Below are positions 1-11,099 of a stretch of DNA of 64,000 nt, piece by piece. A program made the translations under genes and the position numbers. Where the stretch lies: assembly GCA_000442015.1 (NCBI GenBank), contig KE561079.1, forward strand, positions 1 to 64,000, written 5' to 3'. The DNA is from Rozella allomycis CSF55. Taxonomy: Eukaryota. Under the pieces are notes generated by a model. That model was not told the DNA's origin. It did not search any database and saw only the letters and a list, made by a program, of their open reading frames with translations. Numbering within the stretch: the first letter of the stretch is position 1; every line of letters begins with the position of its first letter.

Positions 1-1987
1 CATAAGATTAAAACCAAGGTAAATTGATTCAAATGGTGTGAAAGGTTGTTACATCAGCGCAGTGGTCTCCCAATGGAAGATATGTTGTTTATGGGACAGA
101 GGAAGAGAAATTGTATTTTTATGATTTTGAAGAGAGGAGAGAATTGAATCAAATGAATTTTACGAAAATGGTTACAGGAATATCATGGAATTTGAATGAA
201 AACAAATTGGTTGTAACGACAAGGGCTGGAGAGATTGAATACATTAGTGAGCCAATTGTAATGATAACTGATGCTGATGCACCACACATAACATCAAGCA
301 GAAAAGCATTTCAGCCAATTGTTGATGATGATGACGATGATGAAGATTTAGTGGATGACAAAATGTTTTTGGATCATGAAGCGGATGATCTTGGCTTAGA
401 TGATGAAGATGATGTAGAATCTATTAAAGAAGAAAGACCAAAATCCATCCAAAGATTTGTGCCAGCCCCAATAAAGAAAATAAGACCATTCCAACCAAAT
501 CAAACCCCTGAAAAAGATTTTAAACTATTTTTAGATTACACGAATATTGGAATGATTGTTAAAAGATTAGAGTCGGATGGCACTTCAAACATAGATGTGC
601 TGTGCCACGATAGATCAGCAGCAAAGCCACAACATTTTTTCAATAACATGAATTTTGACAAGGGAAGGATTAGTGAACATGGAAGTTTATTTTCATCACC
701 ACCAACGAGTGAAGCTGGATCTATTNTTTTCATCACCACCAACGAGTGAAGCTGGATCTATTTTGCATTATAAATCATTTCAAGGATCCCAAAATGATTG
801 GTTGATTCAATACAAGACAGAGAGTGTTTTAGCTATAGCAATGGACGCTAGATTCTGTTATGCTGGTTTAAATGATAGATTTGTTTATGTGTTTTCATTT
901 GGAGGCAAATTTGTGAGAAAGTTTGGAATTGTTGGAGACATTGTTTCAATCTCTGCAAATAATTCATTTTTGATGGTTGTTTATCAGAAACAAAGTAAAT
1001 TTCATTAAAATTAAAATATAGATTCTGAAGTTTTGGAATTTACTTTGATTAATATGAACACAAAGAAGGTTTTATGTAAGCAAGAGATTTCTAATTTGTA
1101 TGAATTGAAATGGATTCAAGTGACTGACCAGGGTGTGCCATGTTTATATAATTCAAATGGAGAACTTTTACTACATTTTGGGCATTGTGGGTATTCCCCA
1201 ACAATCTTATTCAAAGAATCAACGTTGGGTCCCAATTGCTTTTCATGGCCAATCCAAGTTGATGGAAAAAGTTTAAAATACATTCTATGCAAAGTAAGAA
1301 AATCAAAATGATTTAAAGAAGAATATTCCATTTCCATATCCTTCAATGACGCCATTCATGGAACCAGTAGATTTAATTGAAACAATTAATTTTGAAGGAG
1401 ATACAGAAAATAATCCAAAGTAAGAAATTTCCAGTTCTATTTTTAGATTGTTGACAGATGAAATATTTCTAGATGAACTCAAATGGAGAAAAGAAAATGG
1501 TTTAATTGATGACGATGAAGATGAAATAGAAGATTTAGAAGCAATTGTTGACAAGGGTATCATTGAAACTATTCAATCTTCAATGATCAAAAACAAAACC
1601 AAGAGAGTTTTAGATCTCTGCTCTTTTCTTCACACTGAAAAATCCTTTAATGTGGCTTGTAGATTGGCTCATCATTACAACAAGGGTTACTTAATAGACA
1701 AAATTAATTCAATCAAAGATTTCAAATTGAGTCAAATGGAATCAAGTGAAAGTGAAGATGACCATGAAGAGGTAAACGATGATGAAGATGAATTGGTTCT
1801 CGTGGAAAGTCAGAAAGAAAACAGGAAACCTGAAATCTCTGAATCTCAAGTAGAGTCAAATAAAAATTCATTCGTTGATTTTCTGTCGCCTCAAAAGAAG
1901 AGAACTACTTTAAATCTTGAACCAGAAAACTCAAATGTAATCAAAAAGACAAAATCTCAATTAAATCCATTTTCAAGCAAGAAATAA
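1..1987 (+). CDS. WDHD1: Ctf4/Mcl1/AND-1 (WDHD1) replisome WD40-SepB protein, 5' end outside window, spliced
   Basis: WD40-like N-terminal part, acidic linker, PFQPNQTP motif typical of the start of the SepB domain, beta-propeller exons, then a helical region (RVLDLCSFLH...ACRLAHHY) and NPF-containing tail. The frame break at N726 is a contig-overlap duplication. Confidence 0.8.
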
Positions 1988-2056
1988 TTGAGGTATATTA
2001 ATTACTAGAATAAATTATTAAACAAAAATATTTATATTAATTTATACCGCTTCCAT

Positions 2057-2605
2057 TTAGTTGGGTGATTCTTCGGTAACTTTGTTACTCTCTTGATTCG
2101 TTTCATTCTCATTACATTTCTCTGCAGATTTGTTTTCTTCATTAGTTCCACTTTCTACTGTGGTTAAATCTTCTGGCTTTTTATTGTTTTCATTCCACAT
2201 CTTTTTCAAAATCTTCTTCTTTTCCCTTTTCGCTCTCTTCTTGCTAGTCTTTTCATCCAATTTACTCAAAGTCAGCTCTCTCTTCCTATCAAACTCAAAT
2301 CTCTGCTGCTCCACCTCTTCTCTATCTTCAATAGCCTTCAACCTCAAATACTCATCTCTCCTATTCTTCTTGTACCGTCCAACTCCAACCCCTCCCGTTA
2401 AATCAAGCTCCTGGAACTCTTCGGCGTATGTGTTCCTCAGTTTGCTCTTTTGCTTTTCTACTGGCTTGAAAAATTCAACGCGTTCGGGATGCGCTATCAT
2501 CTTTTCTATCTGCCGTTTGTGGACTGTGGTGGGATCGCCGCGTGCATATATTTCGTCCATTTTGAGTTTCTGATTTTTAAGAAAGACTGAAAGAGTTCGC
2601 AACAT
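2057..2605 (-). CDS. PRKRIP1: PRKR-interacting protein 1-like (DUF1168) spliceosome-associated protein
   Basis: GGVGVGRYKKNRRDEYLRL followed by charged helix EKTSKKRAKREKKK resembles PRKRIP1; true start may be the ATG at 2560. Confidence 0.65.
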   Translation of the reverse strand: MLRTLSVFLKNQKLKMDEIYARGDPTTVHKRQIEKMIAHPERVEFFKPVEKQKSKLRNTYAEEFQELDLTGGVGVGRYKKNRRDEYLRLKAIEDREEVEQQRFEFDRKRELTLSKLDEKTSKKRAKREKKKILKKMWNENNKKPEDLTTVESGTNEENKSAEKCNENETNQESNKVTEESPN

Positions 2606-2841
2606 CTTAATTCAAGACTATATGATATTAAATGCTTTGTAAGTTACAAATCTAAATAATTAATAAATTAATAAATTGAAACAAATGCAAATAGGTCTGA
2701 AGGAGTGATTTCAACAAACACCATTTATTCAATTGTAATACAAGTGCTTTTAATACTTAATTTTGAACATTTAATATAAACCGTTTTATGGATTCTAGCT
2801 GAATTCACCACACTGTAAAATCTCAGTACCCCTGTCTAAAA

Positions 2842-3746
2842 ATGGAGCATGAAGAATATTTTCTTTCCATGATTGCTCTCGTTCCACCTGCCATCTACTT
2901 TAACGAAGAAAAAGAAACTGAAAATCTTCCACTATCTAATGCAGAAAAAAAGCAGCTCAAAAAGATAAAGCTGGATCCGGAACTACAAAAGAATACTGCA
3001 GATTTACTCAAAGAAAAAGAATCGGAAAATAACACAAAAACTGCTACTACATCAAATTTTACTCTAAGTGAACTCCAGGAAAAACTTCGGGTCAAGCTAG
3101 AGAGCATCAAAGTAAGCAGAAATGTTGATAGAAGCGTTGTGATGAATAGAAGAAAACAGCCAGTAATATTACATGCAAGATTTTAAAAGGAAAAGAAAAG
3201 AAAGGTTCAGAACAAGCAGTCCAAGGCATTTCCAGCTGAAAAGGAACAAACAAAGGCTCCCATTACCCCACCTAGATCACCCGTCACAGATGAAAATAAT
3301 GGTCCGATATTTAACAAGTTTGATTTTGGCAAAGACAAAAAGAAAAAGAACGTGGATCCGTTGACTGCACTGAGACGTTTGGAAAAGGAAAAGGAAAAGC
3401 TGAGCTCCATGGATCCAGAACAGGTACCATGCTGCTACTTTTCTAATTCTAGCTTGCAGGCGTCAAGGAGAAACAGCAGTGGCAAAAAGCAATGCAGAAA
3501 ATAAACGGAGAAAAAGTTAAGGATGACGAGGCTTTGTTGAAAAAGGCTATAAAAAGGAAGGAAAAGCAAAAGGAGAAGAGTTCAAAGTTGTGGAAAGAGC
3601 GAAAAGAATTGGTTGAAAAGCAGATAGCAGATAGACAAAAGAAGAGACAAGACAATATTCAGAAGAAGATTAATGATAGAAAAGATAGGAAACGCGGAAG
3701 AGCTGGTTTTGAAGGTGGAATGAAAAGAAAGAAGAATAAGAAATAA
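2842..3746 (+). CDS. RRP14: Surfeit-6/Rrp14 nucleolar ribosome biogenesis protein, spliced
   Basis: N-terminal SMIALVPPAIYF and C-terminal KVKDDEALLKKAIKRKEKQKEKSSKLWKER...RAGFEG signature. Confidence 0.9.
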
Positions 3747-3767
3747 AAACATCATTTACATTTTTAT

Positions 3768-4213
3768 TTATGATTTGATCATCTCCAAAAAGTTTTGTTT
3801 TGTGACTATTTTTTACAAATTTGTTGAAATTACGTTTGGTGTCTTTTTCCTTTGATTTTTCATCTGTACTTTTTTGTTGCTGCTTGATTGCATTGAATAA
3901 TTGAACAACTAAATATTGGGTTAAAATATTTTAGACTTACCTCCTTTGGTGGCTATTTTTCTCAAATGCTTCTCTTTATTTAAAGTCAGATCAGAAGGCA
4001 AAATATGACCTTTTTCTAATTTTTGTCTCTTTTCATTAGCAAGAGCTTTTCTCGCTTTTCGATCTAATTTCTCATCCTGCAGTCTTTGTTCGATAGATTT
4101 TTGATGAGCCAAAATAGGAACCTTTTAAAAGAAAAAAACTAACTAAATACCTCTTCTCTAACAGTTGTGTGTAAGATTTGACTGAATACGTTATCTTCTT
4201 TGGTTTTCTCCAT
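3768..4213 (-). CDS. RRP15: Rrp15 ribosome biogenesis protein, 4 exons
   Basis: Spliced reading MEKTKEDNVFSQIL...VPILAH...EKHLRKIATKG/VVQLFNAI...NFLEMIKS*; KIATKGVVQLFNA is the Rrp15 signature. Confidence 0.9.
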
Positions 4214-4224
4214 CAGCCACCCAA

Positions 4225-5360
4225 ATGAACCGCTGTAGAATGTAAAAAAGTTTTGTTTATTATAAAAGATGTATGAAAAATGAAGCTAAATATCATTGTC
4301 CTAGCTGCAATCTTCCATACTGTTCATCAGAGTGCTATAAAAATCAGGTACGCATTTATCACAAAATATACAGAATCATATGTCCTGCTCTGAAGAATTT
4401 TATAAACAGCAGATAAATAAACATCTTCCTTTGGTCGAAGGGAGTGATAAACAAAAGGTCATGGAAATGCTAAAGAGAGCAGAAGAAGTTTACGAAGGAT
4501 CAGGATCTGAATGTGATGAAGATGATATTGAAGAATGGTTTAATTCTCTTGATCTAAATAATAAAAATATTGAAGAATGGTGGGATTTGCTAACAGAAGA
4601 AGAAAAAATTATTTTCGCTAATGAAATGCAATCCGGCGCACCATCATTTCTGGAAGAATGGAAACCATGGTGGACAATAGTTCCTTTCCCTGAATCTAAA
4701 ATTGAAAAAACAACTATAGAACACGAGAAAATACCGAAAAGAGATATCAAATTAACACCANAAATACCGAAACGAGATATCAAATTAACGCCATTCGAAC
4801 AATTAACTAGTCGGAAACCAAGTCCTGCTCTGTGGTACAATTTAATAGAAATTCTGTAATTTTTATATTTGAGAAATCAATGATAGATATGCTTACGCCT
4901 ATATAAAAAGATTATACAATGGAGAATATGAAAACGAAGAAATGGCTGAAGGAATTTTGCAACTTTCAGTTGTATTAGGTACTTCAAAAGTCTTTGCATA
5001 TGAATCTGTACATGACGCATTCGAGCATTGCATTTACTCCTCTAACAATGTAATTATGATATCTAATGATAATTTAAGAATCCAGAATACAAAGTATCCA
5101 ATGTAGTTTCACAAAACACAATAACTCATGTTATGAAATTACTTTCACACCCAGATTTTGTGATTGCTTCGTTAAAAGATTTGTATGGAATCTTGGAAGA
5201 TGCAAAATTACGAAAAGAAGGACGACGAACAGCTCTGTTGGCTCTAAGGAAACTGGAATTCTATTTGTCATATATGAACACTTTAGATTTCTTTGAATTC
5301 TCTAAACATCTAAGGGACTTGCAGAGGTCGCATAAAACAAAAGAAGAAATCGCGTTATGA
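4225..5360 (+). CDS. ZNHIT2: HIT zinc-finger protein, ZNHIT2-like, spliced
   Basis: Spliced N-terminus CRI/CMKNEAKYHCPSCNLPYCSSECYK..H..CSEEFYK (zf-HIT); WKPWW motif; C-terminal RKLEFYLSY. Confidence 0.85.
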
Positions 5361-5377
5361 AAATAAAACAAATTTAT

Positions 5378-6745
5378 TTAAAGGTAGCCCAAAGCGGGAT
5401 CTTTTTGTTCTTGATCAAACATATCTTGTTGGGCTTGCAAAATAACTTCTGTGCCAGGAGTCATAATTGAGTTAACAACGTGCGCTGTGGGTGGCTCTAT
5501 GGATCCAATTTCTGAAGACATTCCAGTCTCTACTGATAAATCCATTCTAAACTTTTTCGCTTGATTAAAATTTGGAGTCGAAATCTCTTTTGGATTCGAC
5601 GCGTCAAAAGTTCCATCAGAATGAATAACAACGCTAGTCAATGAAGGGTCGCTGCTTGTAAGAATTTTCTCCAATAGAGAATCAATGACCAAAGAATGTA
5701 GTTCAATTTTCTCATTAGTGTAAGGCGACAATAAATTCAAAGCGTAACGATTGTGCATCAAGAAACCCAACAAGTCAAAGCATCTAATGTCATTCTCAGT
5801 AGCCACACGCACAGGAATAACCATTCTAACATTAGTAAACGGGCATATTAATGGAACATCTTGATTTTCTTTTACCAATTTTAAACTTTCGTCTTCAGGA
5901 ATTCTCTTTGAAGAAATTGTGGCGGCAACTTGCTCAATTGACAAGGGTTCAAACATTTGAATCACAAAAATATAATTACAGCAACACTGTTTAGCATTCA
6001 ACATCAACATATTTTTTCCAGTCTTTACAACAGATGACATGACAAGGGGATTATCTGTACCATAAACAGCAATCTTGTTATCCAATTTCACATGTACCAT
6101 GTGCTTTCTTTCAACCATAAACATTTGATCATTAGTAACAACGTGAAGATCAGTTGGCCACTCTATTGGGGGCAAAGAATCATTAATATTGTCTTTATGA
6201 CACGCGAAGAGTTTTATTGCTCTCTTTCCTTCTTTGATCATCATCATTTGCTCATCAGATATTTCAAATTCAAAAGTCACTTCAGTAGTTCCATGGGGCC
6301 ATGAAAAAGAAATCATTCGCTCATCAACAGGAAGTTCCATGAACATGCTCTTAGGATCCATTAATTCTGGATTAAACACCGGCGTGATTGGTGTTATGCA
6401 CTTATCTTCCCTAGATATAACTTCCCCGTAAATATCTTGTAGTATTCCTTTATCCTCCATACAGGAAGGTTTAAGAGAAGTCGACAAAGGACGCATGTTA
6501 TCCTTGTAAATCAAAACCATTTTGCTCAACTCCTTGAACCACTTTTTCAAATCTTCCGCATGGCTATGATCAGTGAACAAAGAAATATAAGCATAAACAA
6601 TTCTTAAAACATACCATCCGAGCAATAAATTATATCCTTTTTGAGGTGAAACTAGTCTAATAGTGCGCATGCACATGTGCAACACATCCTCCGTTTCTTT
6701 CATATACGCCCTTTGATCTTTACACCATCTACCTAATTCTAAAGC
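5378..6745 (-). CDS. ZMIZ/PIAS-family MIZ (SP-RING) domain protein with degenerate zinc ligands; 5' part scrambled by gaps (probably includes 6917-7142)
   Basis: QCCCNYIFVIQ resembles the ZMIZ CCCSHLFVLQ motif; VPLICPFT..RMVIPVR....IRCFDL...LVIDSLLEKIL matches the SP-RING layout. Confidence 0.75.
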   Translation of the reverse strand, partial: ALELGRWCKDQRAYMKETEDVLHMCMRTIRLVSPQKGYNLLLGWYVLRIVYAYISLFTDHSHAEDLKKWFKELSKMVLIYKDNMRPLSTSLKPSCMEDKGILQDIYGEVISREDKCITPITPVFNPELMDPKSMFMELPVDERMISFSWPHGTTEVTFEFEISDEQMMMIKEGKRAIKLFACHKDNINDSLPPIEWPTDLHVVTNDQMFMVERKHMVHVKLDNKIAVYGTDNPLVMSSVVKTGKNMLMLNAKQCCCNYIFVIQMFEPLSIEQVAATISSKRIPEDESLKLVKENQDVPLICPFTNVRMVIPVRVATENDIRCFDLLGFLMHNRYALNLLSPYTNEKIELHSLVIDSLLEKILTSSDPSLTSVVIHSDGTFDASNPKEISTPNFNQAKKFRMDLSVETGMSSEIGSIEPPTAHVVNSIMTPGTEVILQAQQDMFDQEQKDPALGYL

Positions 6746-7326
6746 NCTTTGTCTTTAAATATTTTCCTTAATTAAACTCTCTGCAATAATTATCATTTTT
6801 GAGATGATATTCCTTTTCTTAGAAAGCTGATGTATATACGGACTGATTCCTTCAAGATAAGGGTTGTGAGTTTTATGGATTTAACGAGGCATAGTCTATA
6901 TTAGTAAGACTGTCANTTAACTCGGAATTGAGATACTGGAGTCTACGAATGTTATTTGCTACGATATCGTCTATGGCTGGATGCTCCACAAAGGATGGTG
7001 ACGGATAAATACTATTGTTTGCCGTTTGTTGCTCATACGCGTCGCTTGGAGTTGCTGAACTAGACATGTTTGAGTGGCTAGGTTGTGGCTGGCTAAAAAG
7101 GCTTTGTCTTTGAATATTTTCCTTAATTAAACTACTATGCAATAATTTTGTTTGTTGAGAGATATTATCTTTCTTTGAAAGTTGCGTATATACGGACTAA
7201 TTCCTTCAACATAAGGGTTGTGAGTTTAATGGATTTAACGAGGCATAGTCTATATTAGTCAGAGTCAGTGAAAGTGGTTNAATCAAACTTCTAAATAGCA
7301 TATCAATAGTCAATTGAGAACCTGAT

Positions 7327-7779
7327 TTATTTGTTGAAGACATTGTATAATGGGCGATTGAGTTTACGACCTTCTCCCAAATCAAAGTCTTCAATAAACA
7401 GTCCCTTCTCGAGCCATTCATCAAACATTTCAACCTATGTCTGCTTAAACATTACACTTACCCAGAAACCTGGACATGTAACTTTGACCCTCTTCTTAAA
7501 GAAATCGCATCCTTCAAAGTCTTCTCCCTTGGCCCTCACACACCTATGAAAATCAGTATAATAATTGTAGCAAGCTCTGTTATGGTTTGAATTGTAAAAG
7601 AATCGATCTGGAGCTTGAAATGAGGGTTGATATTCTCTTGTTCCTACCCACATTCGGCGGGGATACAAATGATTCAACAACCGGTTGAGCTCACTCAATT
7701 CAAAGGGACCAGTAGGGCCAATAACTATTCTGTCAGCTCCGATTGATTCCAAAGTGAGAGGTTCTTTTTCATCCGTCAT
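7327..7779 (-). CDS. COX12: Cytochrome c oxidase subunit 6B (Cox12) with N-terminal extension; intron 7435-7461
   Basis: DRFFYNSNHNRACYNYYTDFHRCVRAKGEDFEGCDFFKKRVKVTCPGFW/VEMFDEW shows the Cx9C-Cx10C pattern of COX6B. Confidence 0.9.
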
Positions 7780-7921
7780 TGCGTCGAACAATTTACGAAA
7801 TTCCCCAAATTATTAATGTGGTGAGTAAACACGACTGATTTTACAAGATTTTGATTTATAACTTCAAGTTTCCGGTATTATAATTTCATATTGAAGTATG
7901 TCTTGAACTAAGCCTCTGAGA

Positions 7922-8680
7922 ATGAGTGAATTTTGGAAACAGGTAGGGGACAGCGATTATCATGTTTTGATAAATCTGAAAGAGTCGGCTTACACAATTC
8001 ACTTGACAAATTTTGTAGAGGTATGGCAGGAATGTTGCCATGAGAAAGATATTGAAACGAAAATTAAGGTGAGTTTACCGTTATGTTTAAAATCTAGGAG
8101 TTGATGCCATATATGAAAGCTACCGTTGAGAGTTTTTTACGATTACTAGGTGATGCGATAAAGAAGAAGGAACTCTGCATTGAAGCTGATGAAAAATCTC
8201 ATGACGATGACTTGGTTATGTTTATTCGAGAAGAAATGGAATTTTTTCAACTCCTGTGGCAGTTTAATTTCAAAAAAATTCAAAGTGCAGAAGGTGCTCG
8301 ATGGATTCGTGACAAAATAATTTGGCCCGCTATTTCTGTTTGTTGGCATCTTGACAATCACTCATCCGGAGACAAATCTCGCGATACTTCTTCAAAGATA
8401 CCTGTTTCGAAACACCATGACCTTTGCATCTTAAATTCTTTTGAAACAGATAATACTACCTCTTCACTTTCAGACGAAAAGCCTGAAAAAGTCATTGTTC
8501 AAATTGAAAGAAATAATCAAAGCCCGCCTGAAGAAGAAAAGTAAAATTATTTACCTTTGAGATAACAGAAATGATGAATTATGTAAACTGAAATCTGAAG
8601 CCGTGAAGAGAAAGCAAATAGAAGAAATGGAGAAATCAGAAAAGCCTAAAAAGCCAAAGAAACTAAAAAGATTAATTTAG
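7922..8680 (+). CDS. NHEJ1: XLF/Cernunnos (NHEJ1/Nej1)-like NHEJ factor, 3 exons
   Basis: Head-domain pattern W..V...Y.I.LTNF.EVWQE...I..KIKEL.P; LLWQFNF...IRDKIIWP; basic C-terminus KPKKPKKLKRLI resembling a Ku-binding motif. Confidence 0.7.
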
Positions 8681-8791
8681 ATGTTCCAATAAAAATAAAT
8701 TTACTTCTTTTGGTCCCTTTATGCAAATTTGGGAGATTTCCAATTTCGATCACCTTCGATACAGTTACTGAGCCACATATTAGAATCGATC

Positions 8792-9194
8792 ATGACTAAG
8801 GGTGGGAAAAAGAACAGCATTACGCGAGTTGTCTATAAGGACAAGCATCATCACGGAACTCAGGAAGAGTTTTTTGTATTAGTTAATCCGGATTCTTTGG
8901 AGAAATGGAGAAAGGGTAAGTATAGTCCTTATGTAACATAGATAAAACAATTCCGCTTGTGGAAGTAGTAGAGTCTTTTGATGTCTTTACAATTGCCTCT
9001 GGTGGTCATACTGGTATTTCTGACCGACCAAGCAAACAAATGTTAGCGTAATGAAAAACTAATATTACTATAGTAAATATTTTGAGACCGAAAACACTAC
9101 TGAAATTATTCAAAAAATACTTCAGTCTGGTGAAGTTGTCAAAGGTGATGCAATTGATGGTGCTAGAGTTCATGGCATGGTAAATAGAGCATAA
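8792..9194 (+). CDS. SBDS N-terminal-domain-only protein (Rtc3/YHR087W-like), 3 exons
   Basis: RVVYK...EEFFVLVNP..LEKWRK/DKTIPLVEVVESFDVF...GHTG..DRPSKQ.L..IFET.N..EIIQKILQSG. Confidence 0.85.
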
Positions 9195-9237
9195 TGCTCC
9201 ATGAATAAAAAATCTTCTCCGTTAGATATTAATTTAT

Positions 9238-10092
9238 TTAAGCTAACTTTAATTTAATGAAGTAAAATTTATCATTTACAGCTATTATGTCACCATGCCT
9301 GATTGGTCGGCCAAAGGATGAACATATCAACGTATTAGCATTATTAAATAGATGTGAATTTTTTGAATAATAGAAAATTTTGAACAGCGATGAGCTCTCT
9401 TGACTTTTGGTGCAAGAAGGAACTGAAACGCCTTCTCTTTCACTTTCATCCCAGTGATCCCACTCTAATGCATCAACAGTGATTTTGTCTCCATTGAAAA
9501 TCAGAGGGCAGATTATATTAATATCCTGTTGAGCTTTTAGTACTACCCCTTTACTGTCAAATTTCAAGGCCATTGTTTGATGAAAGTCTTTAAGAACCTC
9601 CAAAAGAAGTAAGGAATTTTGAGTCGTCTTAACTGCATTTTTGTATCCAAGAATATGCGGGGCAATTGTCAGAAAGCCGTTTTCACTGTCTTCCAAATAT
9701 TCCAAGATTGACTTTAAATGGATATAACAATATTTGTTTGATACACTCGAAAAGACAGATAATTGTAATGCAAGCAACCCAAAGAATTTCTTAACACAAT
9801 TGAGAACTGTACTTGTTATATTATACGCGCGTCTAATGAAGGATTCCCTTTCTAGAATTGCTGTAGACTTTCGGGGCAACTCTTGCAGAATAGCTTCAAT
9901 TAAATTATTTATAGCGAGTGTAGAATTGACTAATTTGTTTTCCAGTGCACTGTTATCAATTTGATCAGTAGGTTCATAGATTATGTTGTTGACGTCGTAG
10001 CCAATCCTGAGATTCTTCCTATTATGATGCTTGGAGCACCTGCAAACAAAAATATAAAACGTAATCAAAATAATTGGAATTAACTTGCGCAT
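9238..10092 (-). CDS. Hypothetical secreted protein, intronless; C-terminus weakly FHA-like
   Basis: 284-aa ORF with signal-peptide-like N-terminus MRKLIPIILITFYIFVCRCS; ends RPIRHGDIIAVNDKFYFIKL. Confidence 0.6.
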   Translation of the reverse strand: MRKLIPIILITFYIFVCRCSKHHNRKNLRIGYDVNNIIYEPTDQIDNSALENKLVNSTLAINNLIEAILQELPRKSTAILERESFIRRAYNITSTVLNCVKKFFGLLALQLSVFSSVSNKYCYIHLKSILEYLEDSENGFLTIAPHILGYKNAVKTTQNSLLLLEVLKDFHQTMALKFDSKGVVLKAQQDINIICPLIFNGDKITVDALEWDHWDESEREGVSVPSCTKSQESSSLFKIFYYSKNSHLFNNANTLICSSFGRPIRHGDIIAVNDKFYFIKLKLA

Positions 10093-10431
10093 AAGTTCAT
10101 GGCGCAGAAAAAATACAAATATATGTTAGACATCAAGATTTAGAGATCTGGACTTTGATGAAACTGCCAAAATAATTGTTAAGTAATATAAAATTTTAAG
10201 CTGACACAAGTGAACTGTGAAACAAAGGAAAGGAATCTCTGCGCATGAATTAATGAACGCACGTTTCAATTTTTGTTTCCCACTTTAGTATTGGTTTTAT
10301 AATAACGAATGTTATTCACTGTATTATATTAGTTCAGGTAGAACAAGTTAAATAGACATCTCTTTAGTCTTTAATAAACATTGACTCTTAATAAATTCGT
10401 AACCAGCTTAATACTTCGAAGCTATGCTTAA

Positions 10432-11064
10432 ATGCATTTGAACATATTGGCATCTAACGATGGAAATTCCCAAATGAGACAGCTATTCCAAGAAATATTT
10501 GGAAAAACAAAAGGGGAGATACACAGCTTCAAATTTATTTCAAGTATAAAGAATGTGCAAATAAAGGAAATACCCGCCTCCTTAATCTTAAGGTACGTAG
10601 CTCTAGATGAGAAAAATGCGTACAAGGAAAGCATTCGTAAATTACTGTCCATAAAACAGTCGAAAACAAGGGAAGAATATGAATCGATGGTAAAAAAGCT
10701 GCCTGATTATTCCATGTTTTTAAGCTGGCCTATTATTGTGAAAATCAGCTCTAACCCAAAAGATCATAGTTCAGAAGCTTTTAGAATTGCTCCAAATTTA
10801 TGTAAGCAGTACAGAGATATAAATATTGACGCTGTATCATTGGAACAATCCAAGCCAGAGAAAATCGCATTACTTGAATTTAAGGGCGCCTTAACCAATG
10901 AACGCAATTTAAAAAGGCAAGCCGGGATGTTGGAAAAAACTCTACTTGAAAATGAAATTTTGTATGATAAATCTTTTCTATATACTTTTACATATAATCC
11001 TCCGATATGTCTATCACATTTAAAAAGATCAGGCGTAGGATACAAATTAGTTGAAAAAAAGTAA
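10432..11064 (+). CDS. SOUL/GyrI-like heme-binding family protein (divergent)
   Basis: C-terminal KIALLEFKG...QAGMLEKTL..NEI.YD....FTYNPP..L..LKRSGV resembles the SOUL consensus AV..F.G...L...L.....YNPP....RRNEV. The start may include an upstream exon. Confidence 0.55.
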   Translation: MHLNILASNDGNSQMRQLFQEIFGKTKGEIHSFKFISSIKNVQIKEIPASLILRYVALDEKNAYKESIRKLLSIKQSKTREEYESMVKKLPDYSMFLSWPIIVKISSNPKDHSSEAFRIAPNLCKQYRDINIDAVSLEQSKPEKIALLEFKGALTNERNLKRQAGMLEKTLLENEILYDKSFLYTFTYNPPICLSHLKRSGVGYKLVEKK

Positions 11065-11099
11065 ATTAAATGTTAGAGTTTTATTTTATGATGTCATTG

